A DNA stretch of 64,000 nucleotides from Candidatus Falkowbacteria bacterium (GCA_018693855.1 JABHMO010000043.1:4450-68449); one strand, 5' to 3'. Numbered from the stretch's first letter, positions 10,658 to 20,061 are shown. Numbers and translations: made by a program. Notes: a model not told the origin generated them from the letters alone.

Positions 10658-10684
10658 ACCATTGTGAAAAAAACAGTACTTGAA

Positions 10685-11329
10685 CTACCGATAGTGAACG
10701 TTGCGCTTGCCGTCCAGGTAGCCCATGCCACCGAGAGTGCCCAACGTCGTACCACCAACCACGACCACTCCGATGATCGTCCAGAACCACCAAGTCTCGT
10801 ACCACTCGGTTTTGAGTTCCTCGGTCTGCCGGTCAATGGCATTGGCGACGTTATCGGTTTCCAGAATCACCGACAGGTTGGTGGTGTTGTCGATGTCGAC
10901 ACGATCTCCGCTACGACTGGACGCGCGACGTCTCGGGACTTCGCTCTGAGCCAGTCGATGACGCTGTCGATTCTCGCGATCCATCTGCCGCTCAGCTCGA
11001 TCGATTGCCTTCAACAGCTGGAATTCACGCTGCTTGAGCTGGCGATACTGCTGCAAACGATTAAGCGCCCGGCGAGTCCGATGCTGTCGCTTCATCTCAT
11101 CGATCTGACCTTGTGTAACCGCGATTTCGGTGAGCAACATTTGATGAACCTGCTCAAGAGACATCGGCTGCGCAGCGGCCGGTTGCCGTTGTTGCGCCTG
11201 CGCTCGAGCTGCGTTTCCACCGACGATCACTTCCGAAGCAGTGTTATCATCCGCCATAGAGACGGAGATCAAGACCGGATTCATTGCCATTACCACGCAC
11301 AGCATGGCCAAGATGATGGATTTCATCAT
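10685..11329 (-). CDS. secreted Gln/Arg-rich coiled-coil protein with C-terminal WYETWWFW-TM anchor
   Basis: AAGGAGG RBS, signal peptide, C-terminal EWYETWWFWTIIGVVVVGG. Confidence 0.8.
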   Translation of the reverse strand: MMKSIILAMLCVVMAMNPVLISVSMADDNTASEVIVGGNAARAQAQQRQPAAAQPMSLEQVHQMLLTEIAVTQGQIDEMKRQHRTRRALNRLQQYRQLKQREFQLLKAIDRAERQMDRENRQRHRLAQSEVPRRRASSRSGDRVDIDNTTNLSVILETDNVANAIDRQTEELKTEWYETWWFWTIIGVVVVGGTTLGTLGGMGYLDGKRNVHYR

Positions 11330-11357
11330 GTCGTTTTCCTCCTTAACAAGGTATGGG

Positions 11358-11453
11358 GGTCAATTGAAAAGAAACATACAAATCCTCATCTGATTCATCA
11401 TGAAATACATCATAATAAATCGGATAAGGAGGAGTGGAACGTTGTTCCACTCC
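11358..11453 (-). promoter_or_regulatory. two-hairpin leader element, copy B
   Basis: Hairpin 11431-11453, 48-bp imperfect palindrome 11383-11430, then GTTTCTTTTCAATTGACC. Confidence 0.65.
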
Positions 11454-11487
11454 ATCCTGGTTACATGTTCAGTACCAAATTCTCGAT

Positions 11488-12438
11488 CTACTCACGGCCG
11501 AAGCGGTACGTCTTATCGACGGTGCGAGTCCTTCGGTACACGGTGTGATCATCGCCCTCGTTTTCTTTGTGCTCGGGATCGATGATGTCTTCGACCTCAC
11601 CCTCTTCCTTCATGTACGAACCGGCTTCCGGGTTGTCGACATTAAAATTCACGTTGGACGTGTCGTTCCAATACACGAGCGGAGCCGGTGGCTCATCGTA
11701 GAGTCCTTCGGTGGGCTGCAGGTTTGCGGTCGACTGGGCGGGCTGACGCGGTTGAACCGACGAAATATCCTGGCCGTTACCTTGGCTGGCGGGGACATAG
11801 TAGCTCGGATCCTCCGGCAACTGATTGAGCCGACGCTGGACGAGCAGCTGACGCTGCGCGATCTGCAACTGACGCTGCCTCTGCGCATTCTGAGCTTCCT
11901 GACGCGCGAGCGCGTCATCGGAAACGATGGGAATCGCGACGCCCGGTCGGCCGTGACGTACGACGACAGCACTGGGCTGCTCGGCAGGCTTCTCGGAGTC
12001 GGGCTTGGCGGCTTGCTGATTGCGGTTACCGCCATAAAGACGACTGAGCCGCTTGTAGTTGGCGCGATCGGACATCTGCTGCTGAATAACTTCAAGTCGA
12101 TTCCGCACGGCCTGGACCTCGGGACACGTCAGATCGGTATTCTCCTGCTCGGCCTCATCGGAATAAACCTTGATGAGCCTGAGAGCCTGCAACTTACGCC
12201 GCACGGAGAGCACTTCATTGTCGGTCAACTCGTCCTTCATGGCCTCGATCTGATCCTTGGACATGCGGGGATACATGAGCATCCGCAAATCCTTGATCTC
12301 TTCGGCGTCGAGCGATTCGACACACGAAACGGGATCAGGGTCGATGGGGTCGTAACCGGACTGCGCGGCGGCCGGGGTGGCGGTCAAAAACACGATGGCC
12401 AGCATGGCCAGCAAAAACAGGTTGCGAACTTTCTTCAT
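11488..12438 (-). CDS. secreted hypothetical protein (Gln/Pro-rich)
   Basis: ATG 12438 after AAAGGAG; signal peptide MKKVRNLFLLAMLAIVFLTATPAAA. Confidence 0.8.
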   Translation of the reverse strand: MKKVRNLFLLAMLAIVFLTATPAAAQSGYDPIDPDPVSCVESLDAEEIKDLRMLMYPRMSKDQIEAMKDELTDNEVLSVRRKLQALRLIKVYSDEAEQENTDLTCPEVQAVRNRLEVIQQQMSDRANYKRLSRLYGGNRNQQAAKPDSEKPAEQPSAVVVRHGRPGVAIPIVSDDALARQEAQNAQRQRQLQIAQRQLLVQRRLNQLPEDPSYYVPASQGNGQDISSVQPRQPAQSTANLQPTEGLYDEPPAPLVYWNDTSNVNFNVDNPEAGSYMKEEGEVEDIIDPEHKENEGDDHTVYRRTRTVDKTYRFGRE

Positions 12439-12481
12439 GGCAAATCTCCTTTGTGTTGCCAAGTTAACGAAATACTGAACT

Positions 12482-12594
12482 GATTGAAAGAGAACATTCT
12501 CCTCACCGGAATAGTTAAATAACTGCTCTGGTGAGGGCACAACGGTGGTTGTGCCTGTTTTCTACATCTTGCGTAAAAAACTAGTTTTTGTCAA
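12482..12594 (-). promoter_or_regulatory. promoter plus two-hairpin leader element, copy C
   Basis: TTGACA-17-CAAGAT (12594-12566), hairpin 12537-12554, palindrome 12500-12536 (cctcaccgga...tctggtgagg), then GTTCTCTTTCAATC. Confidence 0.6.
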
Positions 12595-12608
12595 GTCCCG
12601 GACACGGA

Positions 12609-13367
12609 TCATCTCGAACAAGATCGCCCGAGTTGTCTCTCCATCGCGCAAAGCCTCTGCTGTTCGCGATGATTATCCAGGTAGGTTTGTCCCAGGTCCT
12701 CTAACGTTGGTCCATGAAGGACTGAACGAGTTCGAGGTTGAGACCTTTGTCGTGGCCGAGTCCGCTGTTTTTCCAGCATGTCGGCGATTGATGGGCCTCG
12801 CAACTTGCGCTGGAGACGCTCGTTATCGGATTCGAGGCGACGTTGTTCGGCTTCCGCTAGATCACGACCCTCTACAGCATCTTCAAGCAATTCCTCCAGT
12901 TCCCTGACTCGCCTTGACAGTCGAGTAACCTCCGTTTGGCTTTCACCTAACTGGATAACCAACTTGCCTGCTCTAGCTGCTTGTCTTTTCAGTTCCTCCA
13001 GGTCAGATGGACCGGCAGCACCAGACAAACCACTTGCATGACTAGCGATCATGCGACGAGCTTTCTCGATCTCCTCTCTTAGTGGAACAACTTCTCTTTC
13101 CAGATCAGAGTATTTCACTTGGAGTTGCTCGAGTGCCTCACTTGAGTCACTCATATCACGAAGCTTTTCTTCAAGCTCCACGATCCGACGACGTAATTTG
13201 GCGTCTGCCTCCTTAATCCTCTCTTGCTCCTCGTCAGTGACGATACCATCTGCCAGAGCCACTTTGACCTCATCAGCCAATTCCGGTTTCTGTGCTGGAT
13301 TTGAAAAGAAAATCCAAACTCCAACAATTCCAGACAAAACAATAAGAAGCGCGATGAAATATTTCAT
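12609..13367 (-). CDS. membrane-anchored coiled-coil hypothetical protein
   Basis: AAGGAG RBS; N-terminal TM; long heptad region. Confidence 0.8.
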   Translation of the reverse strand: MKYFIALLIVLSGIVGVWIFFSNPAQKPELADEVKVALADGIVTDEEQERIKEADAKLRRRIVELEEKLRDMSDSSEALEQLQVKYSDLEREVVPLREEIEKARRMIASHASGLSGAAGPSDLEELKRQAARAGKLVIQLGESQTEVTRLSRRVRELEELLEDAVEGRDLAEAEQRRLESDNERLQRKLRGPSIADMLEKQRTRPRQRSQPRTRSVLHGPTLEDLGQTYLDNHREQQRLCAMERQLGRSCSR

Positions 13368-13405
13368 GATCTGTCTCCTTGAGATGATCGAATTAGTAAC
13401 ATACT

Positions 13406-13434
13406 ATTTTATCATGTTAGAAATAATTTGTCAA
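13406..13434 (-). promoter_or_regulatory. sigma70 promoter
   Basis: TTGACA-aattatttctaacatga-TAAAAT; its first 15 nt are identical to those of the 14964-14992 promoter. Confidence 0.7.
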
Positions 13435-13548
13435 TAGCGAATCACGTAACACATATCACGCCTACCTATCAACAAGCAATCAACGCATAACAAAATATGA
13501 CAAACAAGACAAAATGGCTAAAATAAGACAAAACCCGCAAGGATGACC

Positions 13549-13929
13549 TCACGGGTTGATGATGTTTTGTAGAAATGTTATTAGGGAAAAGCCAAATTTG
13601 TTTTGGAGACCGGATTGGGCCAATGCGCCAAGGAGAATTGAAGCAAAGATTAACAACACAATTACTCTAGTTGAAGCATCTTTGTATTTAATTACTTCCT
13701 TGACTGCTAATTGCTCCAGTTCTTCTTTGAAATATCGCCTTAAATATGCGATTTTCAGTTCTACCTTCAATTGCTCTATTTTCTTTTGGTGCGCTCTTTT
13801 CTGCAATGCGCTTTTACCTTGCCCATTGCTATCATGGTCTTTGCTCAAAACCACAATTTGAAAAGCTATATCATGCAAATCACCAACAACCAAATCGCCA
13901 TTAATCCCAAGTTCTTCGTAAAGATCCAT
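13549..13929 (-). CDS. hypothetical protein with C-terminal TM
   Basis: ATG 13929 after AAGGAGG; C-terminal hydrophobic helix. Confidence 0.75.
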   Translation of the reverse strand: MDLYEELGINGDLVVGDLHDIAFQIVVLSKDHDSNGQGKSALQKRAHQKKIEQLKVELKIAYLRRYFKEELEQLAVKEVIKYKDASTRVIVLLIFASILLGALAQSGLQNKFGFSLITFLQNIINP

Positions 13930-14002
13930 GGTTAACCTCCTTGCCAATTTGCAAGAAGAGCCGCGATGCGAGGCATCGCGGCTCTTGTAAATAAAGAATA
14001 AA

Positions 14003-14893
14003 TCAGAACGCTGTTTTGATCCACTGCAACAGACTCACACCCAGTTTCCAGATGGCCAGCTCTTCGAGTGCGAACATGATTACCAGACCTAATCCCGTCA
14101 GCCCCACCCACTCACCGATACTCGTCCGCTGCTTGACCGGCTTCTGGTTCTGAGCCTCGGTCAGATCCCTTTCCAGGTCAGCTATCTGATCACGAGCTTC
14201 ACCCAAATCCTGACGCAATTCGTCCTCAAGCTTGAGCTGGGCTTCGGCTGCTTTTCGCTGAAGCCTTGCGTCTTCTTCAGCCTTACGCTGAGCTTCGACT
14301 TGATCGTCCTCGTCCTTCTTGCGAGCGTCGATCTTGGCCGTTAGTTTGAAATAAAGCTGGTGAACCTGAACACGCGCAAACTTGAGTTGCTTCCCGACCA
14401 AGAGAAGCTTCTGACGTCCGCTCTGTGCATACAGACTGTCAGTCGCGACCAGCTCTTCGAAGATCTCCAACTCATCCTGCGTGGCGACATAGAAGGTAAA
14501 TCCGTCATCGCCATTGGGTGTCTGCTGACCGAAGAAAAGCCGATACAACCAACCTTCAGTAAAAATCTGGAAAGTATGATTTACCTGCAGTGGAAAATGT
14601 TCCTGAGCCGACGACGTCACCTCGGACTGCGCCTGCGCGATAACAGCCTCTTGCTTGGCGACAACCGGAGCTTCCTCACGGGTAGTCGTCACGACGGGCT
14701 CGGTCTCTTCTGGCTTCTCCTCGGGTTCTTCATCGGATTCACCTCCTCCTCCGAAAAGAGCCACCGAATCATCCGTAGTTGGCGGTGCTGCAGTCAACTC
14801 CGAACCATCGCTACCGGCGTCTGCGTCGTGGATGTCTCCACCCATTGCACTCCTACCGTCTTCTGTATCCGTGTCAAAAGGACTTCCAGCCAT
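14003..14893 (-). CDS. acidic coiled-coil protein with C-terminal TM
   Basis: AGGGAG RBS; disordered acidic N-terminus, heptads, C-terminal TM. Confidence 0.8.
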   Translation of the reverse strand: MAGSPFDTDTEDGRSAMGGDIHDADAGSDGSELTAAPPTTDDSVALFGGGGESDEEPEEKPEETEPVVTTTREEAPVVAKQEAVIAQAQSEVTSSAQEHFPLQVNHTFQIFTEGWLYRLFFGQQTPNGDDGFTFYVATQDELEIFEELVATDSLYAQSGRQKLLLVGKQLKFARVQVHQLYFKLTAKIDARKKDEDDQVEAQRKAEEDARLQRKAAEAQLKLEDELRQDLGEARDQIADLERDLTEAQNQKPVKQRTSIGEWVGLTGLGLVIMFALEELAIWKLGVSLLQWIKTAF

Positions 14894-14963
14894 AGTACTT
14901 CTCCCTTTTCTCCCCTTTTTGGGGTAAGAACGTGAACTTGTGAAACAACAAAACTAACATAAT

Positions 14964-14992
14964 ATGTTATCATATAGGAAATAATTTGTCAA
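14964..14992 (-). promoter_or_regulatory. sigma70 promoter
   Basis: TTGACA-aattatttcctatatga-TAACAT. Confidence 0.7.
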
Positions 14993-15096
14993 TGATTGGG
15001 CGCGGAACGCGGATCGTAAATTTTGAAGATCAGTAAAAACAATCGCAAGAAAAAAACGACTAAAACAGCCGTCTTTTTATGTAAAATTAGAAGAAA

Positions 15097-15984
15097 TTAC
15101 CCCATACCGATAAACTTGTCTTCTTCTTCAAATTTAGGGTAATCTTTTTTTGTTGTTTTTTGTGAATCATTGTCAGTTGGGAGTTCTGGTTCATTCATCT
15201 CTTCGATCTCCTGTTCTTCCTCGGAAATCTCCTCAACATCGTCTAAATCTAGCTCAGGAACGTCTGGTGTGTCCCCCATTTCTTCTTCAACACTTTCTGT
15301 TTCTGGAACATTATTATAAGAAACTAACTCAGGTTCCTGATCTTGACTAAACTTGTCATGATCTCTATCTGGTCTGTAAGTTAGAATTACGTATGCAAAT
15401 GATAATATTACACCAACAAATAAACTAACTGCTAAATTTAACGCGATATTTGGTTGTTGTGGATACTGAGAAACTAATGGTGAATCTAATAATTTCAGAT
15501 CAATATCACCAATCCCAATTAAATCGTCCTCTTCATTAATCAACACCTCTGCAACTGTTCTTGAAATTATCAAAGCTTGATTTGAATCTGTGTGATAGAT
15601 TGTGAAATTTAATTTACTGTAACCTGTTGGAACGTAAGCATCAACTGTTTTATCCCAAACTTTTCGACGATCTCGTTCGTCAGATCCAAAATAGGTTCTA
15701 TCAATTGATAAGTTCTCTGATAAAACTTTATCTAGAAAATAACTTGAACTAATAACCTGTGACAACTTTTTTCCAATCTTCTCTTCAGACTTTGTAGCAC
15801 TGTAAGCGTCAATACTAAAACTTGATTTCTGAATAATTAAGACACTTGATTCAGCTGAATATTTAAATGGAGTCACTAAAGTAATACCCAGACCAATCAA
15901 AAATACGATAATTATAACAATTAACGCCTTGTGCCAATTTTTCTTGTACACATTGATATAGTCGATTTCTCGATAATGTTTCAT
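15097..15984 (-). CDS. Wzz/CpsC-like polysaccharide chain-length determinant
   Basis: Two TMs, PFKYSAESSVLI after TM1, Pro-rich PQQPNIALN before TM2, acidic tail. Confidence 0.75.
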   Translation of the reverse strand: MKHYREIDYINVYKKNWHKALIVIIIVFLIGLGITLVTPFKYSAESSVLIIQKSSFSIDAYSATKSEEKIGKKLSQVISSSYFLDKVLSENLSIDRTYFGSDERDRRKVWDKTVDAYVPTGYSKLNFTIYHTDSNQALIISRTVAEVLINEEDDLIGIGDIDLKLLDSPLVSQYPQQPNIALNLAVSLFVGVILSFAYVILTYRPDRDHDKFSQDQEPELVSYNNVPETESVEEEMGDTPDVPELDLDDVEEISEEEQEIEEMNEPELPTDNDSQKTTKKDYPKFEEEDKFIGMG

Positions 15985-16049
15985 ATAGTTTATTCTTAAT
16001 GTTTATACTTGCATTATATTAGTACTGAATTTAAATGATATATGTATTA

Positions 16050-16225
16050 CTCCATTTCGCACTCTCGTGCGAGTTACTTTTTTCCGTAAAAAAGTAACCA
16101 CCTGCCTACGCTATTACATAAGCTTCGGCAAGGCAGGAAAACAGCTGGGGCGCCACAATTCGCGTGCGTTGTTTTTTTTCGATCTACTAAAACGGCGAAT
16201 GTTCTGCCCCAGACCCCGCCGTACT
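16050..16225. repeat. MITE-like palindromic element with a nested REP-like CCTGCC...GGCAGG insert (16101-16137)
   Basis: gttactttt...aaaagtaacca[cctgcctacg...ggcagg]aaaa...ctggggc...gccccag. Confidence 0.55.
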
Positions 16226-16260
16226 TTTTATTTCCCCTATTGAAAAAAACAGAACTAAAA

Positions 16261-17358
16261 CTACTTCAATTCAATTGATACTACCATTTCAACATCTTCA
16301 CGTAAAATTGTAAAGTTAAGTTCGTCACCTGTTTGGTACTGAGCAATCAGTTCAGAAACTGTTTTAGTTTGATTTATTTCTTCATTTTCAATTTTTATAA
16401 TAATATCATTCGGTAATAAAATTCCCTTGGCTGGACTGTTCGTCAAAACACCGGCAGATGTGATCTGCGCACCTTTCTTCATTTCAATCGTTGGATTTAA
16501 TAACTGATAATAATCATAATACAAAATTCCCAAATAAGGAGCACTGTACTCATTATCAGAACCAATCACTCGCATAGCAGGAAAAGTATAATCAATCGGC
16601 AACACCTTGCCAGAAGCATCAACTAACAAACCAATCATCTCGCCTTCTAAATTTATAATTGGAGTTCCGATAAAATCAGAATCCAACTCAGTCTGTAAAT
16701 GAATATAGTTATAGTAATCCTCACTTGAATGAACGAACTGACCTAATGTTTGATTTTTCAATGAAACTAAATTCTCAATACGACTAGCCTTAATATTACC
16801 ATCCTCACCAAACAGAACAACGTTCTGTCCTTTTATTAAATCTTTTTTAGTAGAAAATTCAATAACTGGCAAATTGCTCTGATCAATCTTGATAAAACTA
16901 ATTGATAGATCGCTGTAAGTCACGACCTCAACTGATTCAAAAACTTCATTATTACTATCAACGATATAATAAGTTGAGCTCAAATTTGCTGCAACAGTAT
17001 CACTTGTCATAATCCAACCATCACTCGTAACAATCACTCCCCTACCTAGAAAATCATTTTTCAATAATGTATCAACTTTATTTTCTTGAAACTTTTTATA
17101 TCTATAAATACTAACAATTGCCGGAGTCGCCTTATTAATCGGTTGCGCAATTCGCTGGTCTTCATCTTTCAAACTTCTCGGTTCACCATCTTCACTTACT
17201 AAATCATCAATCTTTTGAGAAAGATCACTGTAACTTTTGAAATTCAAATATGGATCCTTGAGCAAAAATCCATTTACCCAAAGCTCTCCAACCACACCAG
17301 CAAGAAAACCAATAATTAATACTGAGATTATAATGAAATAGAAATGTTTTTTATTCAT
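16261..17358 (-). CDS. HtrA/DegP-like trypsin fold + PDZ protein, catalytic residues degenerate
   Basis: GRGVIVTSDGWIMTS, GTPIINLEGEMIG, PYLGI, SPA...PNDIIIKI; N-terminal TM. Confidence 0.85.
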   Translation of the reverse strand: MNKKHFYFIIISVLIIGFLAGVVGELWVNGFLLKDPYLNFKSYSDLSQKIDDLVSEDGEPRSLKDEDQRIAQPINKATPAIVSIYRYKKFQENKVDTLLKNDFLGRGVIVTSDGWIMTSDTVAANLSSTYYIVDSNNEVFESVEVVTYSDLSISFIKIDQSNLPVIEFSTKKDLIKGQNVVLFGEDGNIKASRIENLVSLKNQTLGQFVHSSEDYYNYIHLQTELDSDFIGTPIINLEGEMIGLLVDASGKVLPIDYTFPAMRVIGSDNEYSAPYLGILYYDYYQLLNPTIEMKKGAQITSAGVLTNSPAKGILLPNDIIIKIENEEINQTKTVSELIAQYQTGDELNFTILREDVEMVVSIELK

Positions 17359-17384
17359 AGGATTTAAAAATATAGGAATTTAAC

Positions 17385-18146
17385 TTAACTCCATTGAGCT
17401 GTAAACATGACAATCAATAAAATAATTGAAGCAACAGATAAATGGCTTATAACAAATTTTTTAGTAATTAATGTAAAAAGAAAAGCTTTACTAAACTGCA
17501 GCATTAAAGTAAATACAACAGCTAGAATAAAGCCATTCACAAAATATCCTGTTGGTAAATATGAAACCGCTACAAATAATTCACTAATAACGAGCACAAT
17601 AACAAACACAAAAACAGCACTCTTTTTCAGATTAATTTTATTAATCCAGAAATAATAATAACAGATCAAACCCAGAACAATAATTAAAAACAGCAATAGT
17701 AAAAAAAGATCAATGTTCAATAAGGCTAAAAACGCAAACAAGCTCAGAAACAGAAAAAAACTAGTAATAATCACAATATAACTAGATAAACTTTCCAGTG
17801 AATACGGTTGATATTTTTGCGGAAAGTATGAATACGTATAGTACTGTCTTAACAAATAGTAGAGTACAAACGCACTAAAGATAGTGACTAAATTATATAT
17901 ATATCCATTAACAATAAAAACCAGAAACAAGAAACTTGCCAAGCAAAAAGCAATCGGCAAAATCACAAATTGAATAAAATTACCTTTGAATTTGTACTTA
18001 TTAATCACAAAAACAGACAATAAAAGTAGAACTAACTGAATCAGCAAGAACAACCACCACCACTGAAAACTGTCTTTAATAAACAAAATCCCTGCCAACC
18101 AAAACGCTGACACAAATCCTAAATATATTTTTTGCAGTAAATACAT
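17385..18146 (-). CDS. multi-pass membrane hypothetical protein
   Basis: About 8-9 TM helices. Confidence 0.8.
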   Translation of the reverse strand: MYLLQKIYLGFVSAFWLAGILFIKDSFQWWWLFLLIQLVLLLLSVFVINKYKFKGNFIQFVILPIAFCLASFLFLVFIVNGYIYNLVTIFSAFVLYYLLRQYYTYSYFPQKYQPYSLESLSSYIVIITSFFLFLSLFAFLALLNIDLFLLLLFLIIVLGLICYYYFWINKINLKKSAVFVFVIVLVISELFVAVSYLPTGYFVNGFILAVVFTLMLQFSKAFLFTLITKKFVISHLSVASIILLIVMFTAQWS

Positions 18147-18218
18147 AGCGGGTAAACATTTGACATTTCACATTTAACATTTTACTTTTAGTCACTTAAC
18201 ATCCGCACTCGAATCAAT

Positions 18219-18626
18219 CTAGAGTTCATCCCAAAGAGCTAATAAGATATCATGTTCTGTCTCAAAATTCAAGTTGTTGATTTCGTATTTTTCTTTAATC
18301 AATTTGATCGTATCAACCAACTCTTTTTTAAACTTTATATTTTCATCTGACACATTCATAAAAGAAAATCGACTGTATTCACGATCAACGAACTTTTTCT
18401 TTTCAACAATTGTCTCAAACGGTTGCAGGAAATAGACTTGTAGAAATCTTTCAGCATCTTCCTCGAAAGTTAACTGTTTAATTTCAGAATCAACAACTGG
18501 AATCTGATCATTGATAATTTGAGGTTCTTGATAAAAATTTCTCAATAAAAAGAACAGTGCAACTGCCAGAATTACAAAAACAATAACAATAATAACAGCG
18601 AGCAAGGAGTTCTTATTAAATTTCAT
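18219..18626 (-). CDS. hypothetical protein with N-terminal TM
   Basis: ORF starts 2 bp after the AI-2E gene stop. Confidence 0.75.
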   Translation of the reverse strand: MKFNKNSLLAVIIVIVFVILAVALFFLLRNFYQEPQIINDQIPVVDSEIKQLTFEEDAERFLQVYFLQPFETIVEKKKFVDREYSRFSFMNVSDENIKFKKELVDTIKLIKEKYEINNLNFETEHDILLALWDEL

Positions 18627-18628
18627 AG

Positions 18629-19669
18629 TTATGAACTTTTTTGAAGAGTAGTTTTACTGTTCCAAATTTCTCGAACAATCACACTAATAGCAGTTGCAAC
18701 AGGAATCGCCAATAACATACCAATAACACCACCAACCCGAGCACCAATTAGCAGTGCCGTGATACTGAGGATCGGATTCAGACCAACAGCCTTTTGCATG
18801 ACCTTTGGAACTAATAGATTATTTTCTATCTGTTGAATGATAACAAATAGTATTAAAACAAACAATGCTTTAATTGGAGACTGTGTGAAGGCCAGAAATA
18901 TTGCAGGAATAGCTGTCAAAGTTGGTCCCAAATAAGGAATAAACTCACCGATTGCAGCGAGCAACGCTAAAACCAGAGCATAATTAACCCCCAATATCAT
19001 CAGTCCAATATAAACCATTACACCAATAATGAGCGAGAGTATCAGCTGACCTTTTAGCCAGTCACCGATTTTTCGTTGTACTTTGTTAATCAACTGTAAA
19101 GTAAATGGCTGGAGTTTATCAGGTAAAATATAAGTTAAAGTTCTTTTGATCGCACTTTCTTCAACTGTCATGTAGAACGTAATTACCAAAACAATCACAA
19201 ACGAGAAGATGCCACCAAAAATACCTGCCACAGTACCAAAAATATTACTAAACATTCCACCCAGATTAGCTTTAATCGCATTAATACCATCATCTAATTC
19301 ACCACCAAACCCATGTTCAGCTGAAAAGTTTTTTATATTACCAAAGAAGCTGGATATCTTTTCAAAGTATTGAGGAAAATCATTAGACAACTGACCAACC
19401 TGTTGAACGATTGGCGGAATAATCAAAAAGACAACTGTAACGATCACGAAAATAAAAACCAAGTAAATTAGTAAAATACTTAGCCATCGTGGAAATTTAA
19501 TCCGCTCCATACTATCAACCCAAGGGTCAACCGCACTTGCGAGGATTAAAGAGATAAACAAAATTGCTAGAACCTCTTTGATCATGTATAGAAAAAAGAG
19601 AGCCAAAACAATTAAGAAAAATTTTACGATCGATAAGATCGATAAATCAACAAGTTGTCGTTTTTGCAT
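18629..19669 (-). CDS. AI-2E (PerM) family transporter
   Basis: FIPYLGP, QQIENNLLVPKVMQKAVGLNP and GMLLAIPV motifs. Confidence 0.92.
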   Translation of the reverse strand: MQKRQLVDLSILSIVKFFLIVLALFFLYMIKEVLAILFISLILASAVDPWVDSMERIKFPRWLSILLIYLVFIFVIVTVVFLIIPPIVQQVGQLSNDFPQYFEKISSFFGNIKNFSAEHGFGGELDDGINAIKANLGGMFSNIFGTVAGIFGGIFSFVIVLVITFYMTVEESAIKRTLTYILPDKLQPFTLQLINKVQRKIGDWLKGQLILSLIIGVMVYIGLMILGVNYALVLALLAAIGEFIPYLGPTLTAIPAIFLAFTQSPIKALFVLILFVIIQQIENNLLVPKVMQKAVGLNPILSITALLIGARVGGVIGMLLAIPVATAISVIVREIWNSKTTLQKSS

Positions 19670-20061
19670 AAGTTATGAGATTAAATGATGTATACATAGA
19701 TAAGATGAACCAATCTAAATAAAAACCATAGATCCCTCCAGCAAGGTCGGGATGACAAATTTTTATTAAATATTGATACTTTATCTAAGTTTATTATACA
19801 ATATTTTTATAATTTTAACAAAAAGCTTATCACGTAACACGTAGCACATAGCACGTAACATAAATCGCATTCAAACTATACTTAAAATAAAAAACAGCCG
19901 ATTTCTCGGCTGGATTTTTTAACTACTAGTTAGTTAGCTCTAAAGAGACAAAAGAAAGGAGGTGTTGAAAGAACATATATCTCAAAGAGCCAACTAATTA
20001 GTAGTTAGATTTATACATTTAGGTTGTCCTGCGAATCCGGTGGGATTCACAGGTGGTTGTT

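Noticed and set aside
8135-12483. + strand ORFs 8792-9430, 9897-10643, 10640-11548 and 11434-12483
   Set aside because: Shadows of - strand genes that have signal peptides, SD sites and promoters
10589-12537. Integron attC sites
   Set aside because: The palindromes lack RYYYAAC/GTTRRRY ends, and no IntI gene is present
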